A DNA stretch of 64,000 nucleotides from a virus. Taxonomy: Duplodnaviria; Caudoviricetes. The stretch covers positions 2,077 through 66,076 of the IMG/VR virus record IMGVR_UViG_3300022074_000030, one strand, 5' to 3'. A model generated the notes under the pieces. It had not been told where the DNA came from. It searched no databases and saw nothing but the letters and a program-made list of their open reading frames with translations. The translations under genes were made by a program, and so were the position numbers. This document shows, one piece after another, positions 1 through 9,900 of the stretch; within the stretch, counting starts at the first letter, position 1, and every line of letters begins with the position of its first letter.

Positions 1-318
1 TGGGTGTGCTAATTTCGTAGAATCTCTGTAAAAAAACCAAACAGAATCATAAGGAGCAGTTGAATCTGCCCATTCATGGAATATATGAGCATCTATTCTA
101 ATTATAGATGATGTACTTTTAGGTGTAATATTTACAGATAAAACATCTATAGCTGTACTTGTATCAGCACTTATACTCACAGTAGTTGTGCTAGTATATT
201 GTGTAAAGAGCATTTGCAACACGTGCCCTGGTGCATATAAAACGTGTCCACTCGCAACGTTTATAGTGTTACTACTACTCGCCGAACCCTGTATATTTTG
301 AACTGTTAATGTACTCAT
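1..318 (-). CDS. Short tail-fibre-like protein, partial (runs off the left edge)
   Basis: Hand translation from ATG at 318: MSTLTVQNIQGSASSSNTINVASGHVLYAPGHVLQM...; shares SGHVLxAPGHV(L/I)Q with 3502..4005. Confidence 0.75.
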   Translation of the reverse strand, partial: MSTLTVQNIQGSASSSNTINVASGHVLYAPGHVLQMLFTQYTSTTTVSISADTSTAIDVLSVNITPKSTSSIIRIDAHIFHEWADSTAPYDSVWFFYRDSTKLAHP

Positions 319-321
319 TAT

Positions 322-573
322 TTATATCTTTAAATTTTCTAAGTGTGCTGCATACGCAGCTTTGACTTTATTAGTATGAAACTGTGTAACCATAGCCTTT
401 ACATCTGCGCTTTCGCTAGATGAATCTGAGTTTGGTGAAATGGTATGTCTGTGAAAACTTCTTGAAATCTCCACGCCATCTTCTTCAATAATAGTAGCAG
501 TTCTCACTTGAATGTGCTTGAATTCGCCTACTACTTCAATTTTATCTTGTTCTGTACGTTTTGTAATAGCCAT
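322..573 (-). CDS. Tail-fibre-associated small protein (chaperone-like)
   Basis: Likely start MAITKRTEQDKIEVVG at 573 after a GGAAGAG purine run; paralogue of 2013..2303; both follow LDDYEEG-type fibres. Confidence 0.65.
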   Translation of the reverse strand: MAITKRTEQDKIEVVGEFKHIQVRTATIIEEDGVEISRSFHRHTISPNSDSSSESADVKAMVTQFHTNKVKAAYAAHLENLKI

Positions 574-589
574 TATTTCTCTTCCTTTA

Positions 590-1453
590 TTATCCTGTTC
601 TATATGTACAAGTAAAATACATATCAGTTCCATTTTGAAATACATTACTATTAGCGGCATTAGTATTTCCACCACCAGCTGCTATGTAAAAGAATCTTAT
701 TGTCGTAGCGTTTTTCATTGGCGCTGGAGTTATAGATGAAACATTTTGAGCAAGGCCTGCACAGTGAGCAACATGGCTATCACCGTTAGCATTATATTCA
801 GTAATATTTGAAACAGCGAAAGGTAAGCCACTTATTTGACTTACTGAACCAGTCCCTTGAGTGTTAACATATACATTACATACAATAGTAACCATATTTC
901 CAACTTTAGTATACTTGCCAACTTGTGAATTATAAACAGTGTTACCGCCTAAAGAAGGTGTCCAACTTCCTTCTTCATAATCGTCCAACGTATTTGCCGA
1001 ACCTGTACCTCCGATTGCCACACCTGCACTTGCAGTAATTAAACCGGTATTAACTAATGTACCACCAACTGTTACGTTTCCACTAAATGCCGGATTACCT
1101 GATACTCCACCTGTTAAAGTTGTAGCACCCGTTACTGACAATGTTTCTGAGAGACTCATAGTTGATGCAGTTATCGCAGCATCAACTGGTAATCCTGCAG
1201 TTTGTATTGCCTTACCTTGAAATATTACATAGAAACTATCAGACGAGTTTACTGCACCTGTCATAGTCAAAGTTGTACCAGATGCATTGTAAGCAACCGC
1301 TGGTTCTTGTCTCGTATTATTTACAAAGACTTCAATATCAGAAGCTTGTGATACACTCTGTTGTAAAGTATATGATGTACCACCGTTACCTGTAATAGAT
1401 TGCTTTTCAGTTGACACATGTTGTGTGGCTGGTTTTTGACCTAGTGTTGACAC
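590..1453 (-). CDS. Short tail fibre / receptor-binding protein
   Basis: G/S/T-rich beta sequence; LDDYEEGSWTP...YTKVGNMV tip motif typical of phage fibres. Confidence 0.7.
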   Translation of the reverse strand: MSTLGQKPATQHVSTEKQSITGNGGTSYTLQQSVSQASDIEVFVNNTRQEPAVAYNASGTTLTMTGAVNSSDSFYVIFQGKAIQTAGLPVDAAITASTMSLSETLSVTGATTLTGGVSGNPAFSGNVTVGGTLVNTGLITASAGVAIGGTGSANTLDDYEEGSWTPSLGGNTVYNSQVGKYTKVGNMVTIVCNVYVNTQGTGSVSQISGLPFAVSNITEYNANGDSHVAHCAGLAQNVSSITPAPMKNATTIRFFYIAAGGGNTNAANSNVFQNGTDMYFTCTYRTG

Positions 1454-1454
1454 G

Positions 1455-1796
1455 TTATGTTTGCTCCACGAATGATACTATAATATCTAATGAATCTGAA
1501 TCCGATGATACCGCTTTTAATATATTTCCTGTTTGCATAATGATTTTATGATCACCACCTACAATAACTTCGGTACCGCCTGGTGCTATTGTAGCATTTT
1601 TTACAATATGTGCAACTTGTCCTGCTGCTCCGCCCGAATCTTGAATACCTGCACTAAAATTAACATTGTTGTTTGATAAAACATTTGCGGCAGACATGCC
1701 GATAACAATCGTTTTAGTAGCACTCGGACAAGTATATAATGTAGCAGAATCAGTACTTAATTGTGTATGCAATAAATTTTTTAATGTATTTGCCAT
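1455..1796 (-). CDS. Small virion structural/adaptor protein
   Basis: MANTLKN...LYTCPSATKTIVIG beta-sandwich type seen in myovirus fibre clusters. Confidence 0.55.
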   Translation of the reverse strand: MANTLKNLLHTQLSTDSATLYTCPSATKTIVIGMSAANVLSNNNVNFSAGIQDSGGAAGQVAHIVKNATIAPGGTEVIVGGDHKIIMQTGNILKAVSSDSDSLDIIVSFVEQT

Positions 1797-1799
1797 TTG

Positions 1800-1997
1800 T
1801 TATCCTCCGAAAATCAATGAATTAAGCAAAGCCTGATTATCGGCAATTGTTGTTACTTCTGATGAATCAGTAGAAATTAAAAGAACTTGCGATGAATCGA
1901 GTAATCCCGGAACTTCAATAGTTCTATCTATGTTGATTTTATTATCAACTACTGTGACTGCTTGTCCAAAGTCTGCTAATTCTCTTGCTTTTGTCAT
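1800..1997 (-). CDS. Small fibre adaptor protein
   Basis: MTKARELA N-terminus, SLIFGG C-terminus; directly behind a late promoter. Confidence 0.5.
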   Translation of the reverse strand: MTKARELADFGQAVTVVDNKINIDRTIEVPGLLDSSQVLLISTDSSEVTTIADNQALLNSLIFGG

Positions 1998-2002
1998 ATT
2001 GC

Positions 2003-2010
2003 TATTTATA
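2003..2010 (-). promoter_or_regulatory. T4-type late promoter TATAAATA
   Basis: Exact consensus in the short intergenic gap upstream of ATG 1997. Confidence 0.75.
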
Positions 2011-2012
2011 CC

Positions 2013-2303
2013 TTATGGTGTGGTTTGCGCTTCTATAGCAGTTTTGTAAGCTGCTTTTATATCATCAGTCCACACTGCATTGGCTACTGCTTGTACTTTG
2101 GTGTCTTCTGAACTTATGTCGGTATCTGTGTGTTTCCATGTATCGCCACTTTTTGATGATGAACATGGTTGCAGAATGTGCCTATGTCTTGACCTACTTA
2201 TTTCTGTGCCATCTTCTTTAATGACTGTATCGGTAGCTACTTGTATGCTCCAACCACCAACAACCTCAATCTTTTCTACTATTGTTTGTTTTTCTATTGC
2301 CAT
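2013..2303 (-). CDS. Tail-fibre-associated small protein (chaperone-like)
   Basis: KIEVVG...EDGxEISRS.HRH shared with 322..573. Confidence 0.65.
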   Translation of the reverse strand: MAIEKQTIVEKIEVVGGWSIQVATDTVIKEDGTEISRSRHRHILQPCSSSKSGDTWKHTDTDISSEDTKVQAVANAVWTDDIKAAYKTAIEAQTTP

Positions 2304-2315
2304 TTAAAACTCCTA

Positions 2316-3101
2316 TTATAATGCATAAGTACAAGAAAACTGTAATATCCCTGAAGTTGCACAAGAACTGTATTGAAATTCATTTACGGCAGTATTTTTT
2401 AATATAACTCCTGCACCTAAAAATCTTACTGCAACTATAGCTGTGTTATCAATTAAGTTACTAACTCTACCCATCGTAAATTGACAACTTTCTTCAGTAC
2501 TATTTCCACTAAATGGAAAACCTTCAATATTTACACTTGAACCATCTGAAGTATCAAGTCCACTAGCAACATTAATTGCACAAGTAAGATAAACAATATT
2601 ACCTATTTTAGTGTATCTTCCAGTTCTACTTGTAAAAGTAGGTGCAGAAACATTTGCAAAAGATGGAGTCCAAGTACCTTCTTCATAATCGTCAAGTAGA
2701 TTGCTATCTGCTGCAGATGTTGTGCCTAAATATATTCCATAACTACTATTACTAGGTAACCAATTACCATTTTTAAATATTTTCCATTTTGTTTCTAGTG
2801 TTCCACCATTTCGTGTTTGAAAAGCTAAGTTACCTTCATTAGAACCACTATGTGATTCACCAACAATCTTTGCAACTTCTCTCGTAGTTCCACCACTATC
2901 TTTACTTTTAAAGCTAATTGCTGGTCCTGTATTAGCTGAATGAGAACTTGTATCTTCTAATGTTAAAGTTGAAGTATCACTTGCGATATCGACTATTGTA
3001 TTTGGTGATGAAGTTCCAATGCCTAATTTTTGACCTGACGGAATCGTTACGGTGGTACCTTGAGCACCTTGTATTTGATCTGTCTTAATTATACCTGTCA
3101 T
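2316..3101 (-). CDS. Short tail fibre / receptor-binding protein
   Basis: LGIGTSSP shaft motif; LDDYEEGTWTP...YTKIGNIV tip. Confidence 0.7.
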   Translation of the reverse strand: MTGIIKTDQIQGAQGTTVTIPSGQKLGIGTSSPNTIVDIASDTSTLTLEDTSSHSANTGPAISFKSKDSGGTTREVAKIVGESHSGSNEGNLAFQTRNGGTLETKWKIFKNGNWLPSNSSYGIYLGTTSAADSNLLDDYEEGTWTPSFANVSAPTFTSRTGRYTKIGNIVYLTCAINVASGLDTSDGSSVNIEGFPFSGNSTEESCQFTMGRVSNLIDNTAIVAVRFLGAGVILKNTAVNEFQYSSCATSGILQFSCTYAL

Positions 3102-3505
3102 GCTAAGTCTCCGTGTATTGCACCACTATATTTTACTGAATCTGCCAAAGCACCATTTTGATAATGCGTGTGTTCATGTGTAGATGTTGCCATAGCTCCT
3201 GCATTTGCAAAAAAAGCATTTCCACCACTTGCAGTAGTAAATTGATGACCTATTGTTAAAGCAGAATCATCATTAGACATATTATTAGTATATGTAACTC
3301 TGATATTTCCAGTTCCTACATCTGTTAGAGAACTTGTATTAAAGCTATCAGCATAACTTGTTCCAGCTCCAACAGCTTGAACCCATGCCTTCGCCAACCC
3401 TTGATTTAATGTAGTACCAGCAGTTCCTTCACCTTGTATAGGAGATGAAACGGTGATATTAGTTCCAGTTCTTACTGCTAACTCATTGACTTCAATCTTA
3501 CTCAT
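3098..3505 (-). CDS. Short fibre-like structural protein
   Basis: QGLAKAWV...SFNTSSLTDVGTG motif common in phage fibre tips. Confidence 0.6.
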   Translation of the reverse strand: MSKIEVNELAVRTGTNITVSSPIQGEGTAGTTLNQGLAKAWVQAVGAGTSYADSFNTSSLTDVGTGNIRVTYTNNMSNDDSALTIGHQFTTASGGNAFFANAGAMATSTHEHTHYQNGALADSVKYSGAIHGDLA

Positions 3506-4005
3506 TGTGCAATCTCCATAACTGTAATAGTGGCTTGTGCTAAATCGTTACGCATTCTTACATTACCTGAGGAAACTTTTATATATAATTTGTATGTGAC
3601 TGCGTTAGTGGTTCCTACAGAGGAATCATTAACAAAAACAGGTTGTTGAGTAAGAATTCTAGAATTACTTACGCGATTATAATATTGATGGCCATCATAG
3701 GTACCTGTTCCATCACCTAAAAGCGTTCCATCTTTATGAATAGCTAACATAGCTCTATCCGTGCTTTCATAATCCATATTAATACTTGTCATGATTACCA
3801 TAGCACTATTTACGAATTTTGGTGTTATAGTTGCAAAAACAGCTGTAGCTGCATATGATGTGCTACTAAAAGTCGCCTCAGCATTGTCAGTGCCCATTGC
3901 AACCTGAATAACATGCCCTGGTGCGTTTAACACGTGTCCACTTGGTATCTCAATAGTACTACCGTGACTTGCCTGTATCTTATCTGTTTTTAATATACTA
4001 ACCAT
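3502..4005 (-). CDS. Short fibre-like structural protein
   Basis: SILKTDKIQ N-terminus, GHVIQV, ITPKF, C-terminal ITVMEIAQ. Confidence 0.6.
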   Translation of the reverse strand: MVSILKTDKIQASHGSTIEIPSGHVLNAPGHVIQVAMGTDNAEATFSSTSYAATAVFATITPKFVNSAMVIMTSINMDYESTDRAMLAIHKDGTLLGDGTGTYDGHQYYNRVSNSRILTQQPVFVNDSSVGTTNAVTYKLYIKVSSGNVRMRNDLAQATITVMEIAQ

Positions 4006-4013
4006 TTTTTACC

Positions 4014-4577
4014 TTACATATATGCTAAAGCGCAGGACCCGCCATTTAATGTCTGTCCACCAGCTTGTATTCTTACTGTTGTTATTGGATTAGAAAGAGC
4101 TTTATATCCAGCTGAATTAGAAACATAATCTTGATGTCTGATTTGTGCATGATAATAAAATTCATTTGGCACAGTACTGATCATGTGAACAAATCCAGAA
4201 ATTGCATTATTAGCTGCATTTTCGAAATATATTAAAAATATAGTTGTGCTATCTTGATGGCCACCATCATTTGTATGACCGCCGCCAGTGAATGTTACAG
4301 TTGATTTATAACCACTTGTTTCAATTCCACCACTATCTCCTATTTGAACACCTACGCTTGCAGTTGAACCAGCATGCTGAAAATCTTTTAAACTTAAAAA
4401 TATTTGTCTTGCTGAATTAGGTACTGTAAAATCTTTTGATGTACCACTCGTCGTTGCTTGTGATGCAACTTGTGTAATAATAGAGTTATTAAATGTAACA
4501 ACACCGCCACTACTTACATTCATAGCATTTGTTCCATTTGGATGTTGTATACTCTGTGTTCCTAAAATACTCGTCAT
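4014..4577 (-). CDS. Short fibre-like structural protein
   Basis: SILGTQSIQHPNG N-terminus shared with neighbours; QIGDSGGIETSGY motif. Confidence 0.6.
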   Translation of the reverse strand: MTSILGTQSIQHPNGTNAMNVSSGGVVTFNNSIITQVASQATTSGTSKDFTVPNSARQIFLSLKDFQHAGSTASVGVQIGDSGGIETSGYKSTVTFTGGGHTNDGGHQDSTTIFLIYFENAANNAISGFVHMISTVPNEFYYHAQIRHQDYVSNSAGYKALSNPITTVRIQAGGQTLNGGSCALAYM

Positions 4578-4801
4578 ACTATTGTTAACACTCCGTTAAT
4601 TTTTAAGTTTACGTCTGAATCTATACTATATGGTCCTACCACCATCGCACGTTCTGCAGAATCGATCGTAACATTGGTACCTAAGTTTGCATAGTTAATG
4701 TTAAAACTTTGTTTGATACCCTTACCTCCTGTGACTAAAACTGCAGGTGATGCTGAATCACCATCAGGATATTGTATTTCTTTTACACCTATTACGCTCA
4801 T
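4574..4801 (-). CDS. Small fibre adaptor protein
   Basis: IQYPDG N-terminus plus C-terminal VGPYSIDSDVNLKINGVLTIV shared with 6514..6900. Confidence 0.55.
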   Translation of the reverse strand: MSVIGVKEIQYPDGDSASPAVLVTGGKGIKQSFNINYANLGTNVTIDSAERAMVVGPYSIDSDVNLKINGVLTIV

Positions 4802-5094
4802 GATATTTTTATCTCATCAGATCTTTGTTTACGATTTTTATAGTCACTTCTTGCAGTTATGAGTGCAACAAAGTCTGCTTGATTGCTTGGTATAGGATCC
4901 GTAAAACTCTCGTCATTCATAAGTCTTGTGGTCCAGTCCTGTTGCATGCGCTTCCAACAGTTGTTTATTTTACCTGCTATTGCACCGTCAATCCAACTAT
5001 CTATTCCTGCATTGTCTGTATCATTATATAAATCATTAGACAAAATCTTCTGTTGTATATCTGTTAATGTTATTGTTTTCGTATAATTTGCCAT
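4798..5094 (-). CDS. Fibre-associated small helical protein
   Basis: 98-aa ORF with GGAG RBS, directly after a C1q-like fibre gene. Confidence 0.5.
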   Translation of the reverse strand: MANYTKTITLTDIQQKILSNDLYNDTDNAGIDSWIDGAIAGKINNCWKRMQQDWTTRLMNDESFTDPIPSNQADFVALITARSDYKNRKQRSDEIKIS

Positions 5095-5130
5095 TTTAAT
5101 CTCCTTTATGATTGAGCTGTTTCACTCTGG

Positions 5131-5904
5131 CTAACATATTAAAGCACCATTAAAAAACGTATGACTATGAGATATTGTTGCTTGAGCAGTACCGGCTTGC
5201 TGGTATATATGAACATATGCAGTATCACCTGCATCCATGTCTGCTAAAGCCGAACCTTGCATTGTAAAAGTACCTATATCTGAGCCAAATATACTGGATT
5301 GTACAGGAAAATCATATGTTTCGTTGCTTGTGACAATCGCAAAATACAAATATCCTGCTTCATTATCTAAGTAGTTGTAAAGATATATACCTGTATTAAG
5401 CTGATATCTACCAGTTACAGGTGCAGTAAAAGTTTTAGTTGATGTATCAAAATCTCCGTTTTGATCAAATCTCTCTACTGTAACAGGGATGTGTGTATAT
5501 ACATTAATTGGTAAAGTCGAAGTTCCAGAACCATGAGCCCCAAAAGCAGATTGATGTGGCATAGTTACATGACCATTAGCATCAATTCTGATTCTTTCTA
5601 CATTATCATCATAGATACGAAATGTACCACCAGTCGTTGCAATATCAAAAACACCATCATCATCTTTTAAAACAAGTGTTGAACTAGCTTGTGAAGCATC
5701 TCCTATTGTAGCTGTCTTACCGCCGACCACACCTTGTAAATAAGATGATGTGTTTGATCCACCTAAACCAACATTACCTGTAATATCAAGTGTACCGCCT
5801 ACGGTTGCAGCTGCACCAATAGCCAAGCTTCCACTTGAATCCAACGTCATTATATCGGTTCCGTTTGGATACTGTATCTTTTTTATTCCAAGTGTGCTTG
5901 TCAT
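5131..5904 (-). CDS. Short tail fibre with C1q/TNF-like head
   Basis: FDQNGDFDTSTKTFTAPVTGRYQ...MDAGDTAYV...FFNGALI pattern resembles C1q domains. Confidence 0.7.
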   Translation of the reverse strand: MTSTLGIKKIQYPNGTDIMTLDSSGSLAIGAAATVGGTLDITGNVGLGGSNTSSYLQGVVGGKTATIGDASQASSTLVLKDDDGVFDIATTGGTFRIYDDNVERIRIDANGHVTMPHQSAFGAHGSGTSTLPINVYTHIPVTVERFDQNGDFDTSTKTFTAPVTGRYQLNTGIYLYNYLDNEAGYLYFAIVTSNETYDFPVQSSIFGSDIGTFTMQGSALADMDAGDTAYVHIYQQAGTAQATISHSHTFFNGALIC

Positions 5905-5908
5905 GTTT

Positions 5909-6514
5909 TTATCCTACTCTGTAGCCAAGCATGTATGTCATCATTTGGGTTGAATGACCCATTACATGGTTATCTGTAGCACTGCTATTAGTATAGTTAT
6001 ACATGTTACCTCTTAAATCAACATAATCACTAGAACCATTAAAATAAACTAATGAATTTACTTGGACTTCAATTTCTTTACCTGCACCTACTTTCATGCA
6101 CATTTGACCAATAGGTCTTGAAGTATCATTAGCTGACAAATATGGAGATGCACCATTAGAATGACTATGGCTTCCATTTTTATAAAGATAAGCATTCATA
6201 TTAACGTTATCATCAGCAGCTTTAGGTCGAAAACTAAGTTTACATTCAATGTAATAAAAGCCTGCTACTTGTGGTGTGTAGCGGTAATTGGAAGTATTAA
6301 AATAACTATCTGTATCAAAAACTTTTGTATTAAGACCAACTATGTCAGTACTACTAGATGCGATATTTTGATTTGCACCTAAATATACTTGGAATAAACC
6401 TAAGTTGTTTCTAACCATATCAACTTCACCAGAACTATTAATCGTCATAGCACTTGTCCCTGCCTGATTCTTAATTGTATCAGTTTTTACTTCATTTACT
6501 TTTATATCACCCAT
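5909..6514 (-). CDS. Short tail fibre with C1q-like head
   Basis: FDTDSYFNTSNYRYTPQVAGFYYI...YFNGSSDYVD pattern. Confidence 0.65.
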   Translation of the reverse strand: MGDIKVNEVKTDTIKNQAGTSAMTINSSGEVDMVRNNLGLFQVYLGANQNIASSSTDIVGLNTKVFDTDSYFNTSNYRYTPQVAGFYYIECKLSFRPKAADDNVNMNAYLYKNGSHSHSNGASPYLSANDTSRPIGQMCMKVGAGKEIEVQVNSLVYFNGSSDYVDLRGNMYNYTNSSATDNHVMGHSTQMMTYMLGYRVG

Positions 6515-6900
6515 TATACTACCATCAATGTTCCGTTAACTGTTATCGTTACACCTGAATCCACATTAAATGGACCTACTAGCAATCCATTACTGTTTGA
6601 ATCGATAGTGTGACTTCTCGATAAATTTTTTGGATTTGTTCTCAAATCAGCTGCAATCTTTCCAGTAATTGTTGTTGTTGTTATAATTGTATTTATACTA
6701 GCTGAGTCGGCTGCATCTTGTCGTAAAGCAATATAAGCAGAATCAACTTGAAAACCAATTGCCGAATCAATCATAGACTGAGTTGCTGCAGAATCAGTTC
6801 CTGCAGTTTGTCTTGCTTGAATATAATCGGAGTCTATCAAACCTTGAACATGAGTATCAACATTTGCATGTAGGTTAAATGCTTGAATTTTTGTTGCCAT
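6514..6900 (-). CDS. Fibre adaptor protein
   Basis: Contains a ~38-aa segment duplicated in the long fibre and the VGP...NGTLMVV C-terminus. Confidence 0.55.
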   Translation of the reverse strand: MATKIQAFNLHANVDTHVQGLIDSDYIQARQTAGTDSAATQSMIDSAIGFQVDSAYIALRQDAADSASINTIITTTTITGKIAADLRTNPKNLSRSHTIDSNSNGLLVGPFNVDSGVTITVNGTLMVV

Positions 6901-9900
6901 TATGCAGGTGTCCTTATTTCTCTAAGTTTAAAACTAACATTTGTTTTTGTTGGTGTAAGTTTTAATCTGACATTACCACTATTTATATCTGCATCAAAAG
7001 TACCAAGTGTTGAATCTAATAATACTTGTCCGTAAGTTGTCATAGCCACATTTGTACCATTATGTGTTAATAAAATTTCTTCGGCATGATAGCTATTACT
7101 CGAATCATGTTCAAGTTGTGCTACATATTTCATTGTTCTAAAACTAGCTGCCGCAAATGTATGAATGATTTGATTCGAACCAGTTGTGAGTAAATCAGAA
7201 TCAATTGCTCTTATTCCATTTATTTCTACAGTAGAGGCTTTAGCGAGTGATACAACCTCTACGATACTTCCTGCGCTTACTGCAGAATCAAATACAATAG
7301 ATGTTCCATTAGTTGCAGTAAAATCTTTTCCTGTTGCGAGTCTTGCACCGTTTAAGTAAACTTCTACTTTTCCTACATCATATGCTAATGTTGTTCCAGA
7401 TGAATCCTGTCCACTTACAGAATCTGATAATGCATCTATTGTGTAAAGATAAGGTTTGTAATCTCTCAATACTAAATTAGAAGAAAGTAATTGATGTGTT
7501 CTGACTTCTATTTCTGAAGATGAATCTGGTGCAGAGTCAAGTGTTAGAGTAGTTCCGGAAATACTATATGTATTTGTGTGTTGTAATAAACCATTGACAA
7601 ATACAAATGCATCATCAGAGTCAGCTGGAGCCTCCGTTAATGTAAAAGCTTTAGTAGAATTATCGCCTGAAAAACTACTTGTTGAAACGTTATTAATTGT
7701 TCCAGTTGTACCGCTACCACCTGTTATTGTGATTGTTTTAGTTGCACCTGATCCAGTTGCAGTTACATTATCACCTACAAAGTTTAGTGTAGTTGCAGAA
7801 GTTGATAGAGAACTACCTTCTTCTTGAACTGTTATAGCTCCGCCGGATTGTCTTAATTGTATATAAGCTGAATCAACTTGAAATCCAATTGATGAATCTA
7901 TCATGGCTTGTGTTGCAGCAGAATCCGTGCCTGCAGCTGTTCGTGCTTGAACATAATCAGAATCAACTAATTGTATCACTGCGGCAGAATCAATGTTTCC
8001 ACTTAATGCAGTTACTGATGCAAATGATAAGTTACCACTACCATCAGTTCTAATTACATGATTATTAAGACCGTCTGATGTTGGGAATATCAATCCTGCT
8101 GCAGTTAGCTTATCAAACTTTGCAGAGTCAGCTGAAACTTCACCGGTTACGTTTACACCAGAATCTGTTGTTGCTAATCTTGCAAGATTATTAAAGAATA
8201 ATGATACCGCACCGCCTGATAATGCTGTAATTTGGTTTTCGGTACCTGCTGCATTTTGAACTGTTAAGTTATTTGTCTGAAGTTGTAAAGAACCTGTTCC
8301 AGCATCTTGAATTACACTGTGACTTCCAGTGTGGAATATTTTTAAATCACTATCATTACCTACTGATAACTTAGCTAAGCCACCCGCAGCTCCTCCATCT
8401 GGTGCTTGTATTCCAGCAGCATTCATAAGAGTGATTGTTGCAGCGGAATCAGTACCTGGCGATTGTCTTGCCTGCACATAGGCTGAGTCAATTAATTGTA
8501 TTGCTTCAGCTGAATCTATACTGTATTGCCTTACTCTCGCTGGTGTGTGATATAAATTAGTGCTTCCTTCAGGTAGATCATCAGTATTAACTTGGTTTGT
8601 ACCTGTACCAAAATCAATATGTGTGTCATCGATACCATCAGCTTTAAGTGTTACTGCACCTGATGATACATCAAAATGATCACTACTAAAAGATGCTATA
8701 CCTTTGTTAGATGATGTAGCATCCTCACCAGATATTGTACCACTTGAAAAATCTATGCCTTCTCCAGCATTTATATAACTTTCTACTCGTGCATTTGTAT
8801 AGTAAAGATTAGTACCTTCAGTTAAATTTGTTGTTGTGAAACCTGTAAAGTTACGTGTACCAATTTGTAATGCATGACCCATATAACCATGAGAAGAACA
8901 TTGATAATGTAATACAGGAGGAGTAGCTTCTGTTATAGCTATTTCGGCATATGTTGCTGTAGTGGTTACACCTGTTGTATACTGTGTTGTTTTTGCAGCA
9001 TCATAATAAAATCTAAATGGATGATTTGACATATCACTTGAACTAAGTGTAAAACGATATGTTCTTCCAAGTTTTAAATTTATTACTGGAGATTCTGTTC
9101 CATCTATATAATAAGCTTGTCCACTACCACCACTGTAAACATGATTAACCTTTGCAGCAACTGTTACTGCAAAATTCTTTGTATCAGAATCATGCTGATT
9201 TCTTTCAACTGCGGTGTTTGCTGAATCTTTAGCAAAGAAATAATCACTATCAAAATTGTTAGCTGTGTAAACTGATTCAACATCAAAGCTAAATTCACCA
9301 GTGCCAGAGTTATAAGATAAGTCTCCACCAGCAGAAAACATTCCACGTACATTAGCAGAGTCGATATCGATAGTTCGACTTGAAGCTATATTACCACCGC
9401 CAGTTAAACCTTTACCAGCAACTATAGAAACTCCGGTATGAGCTACATGTTCGTCTGCAACAAAGCCTGATAAATTATCGTGTCTTATTATTGGCTCATA
9501 ATATGTTAAAAGTTCAGCAGAATCAATTGCTAAATCACGAGTTGATGCAATTGTTCCACCGCCTTTTAAACCAAAACCTGCTGTTATTGATACATCGCCG
9601 TGAGCAACATGTTCATCAGCTACAAATCCTGACAGATTATCATGTCTTATTATTGGTTCATAATATGTTAAAAGTTCAGCTGAATCAATTGCTAAATCCC
9701 TGGTAGATGCAATAGTACCTCCACCTTTCAAACCAAAACCTGCTGTAACTGAAACTGAAGTATGATCTATATGTTCATTTGCAACAAATCCAGTTAAATT
9801 ATCGTGTCTTATTATTGGTTCGTAGTATGTTAAGAGTTCTGCAGAATCTATGGCAAGATCACGAGTAGATGCGATATTGCCTCCACCTTTAAGACCAAAA

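Noticed and set aside
1-7964. Diversity-generating retroelement or invertible shufflon in the fibre array
   Set aside because: No reverse transcriptase or recombinase in the window; repeat differences are mostly synonymous rather than adenine-specific; all genes are on one strand.
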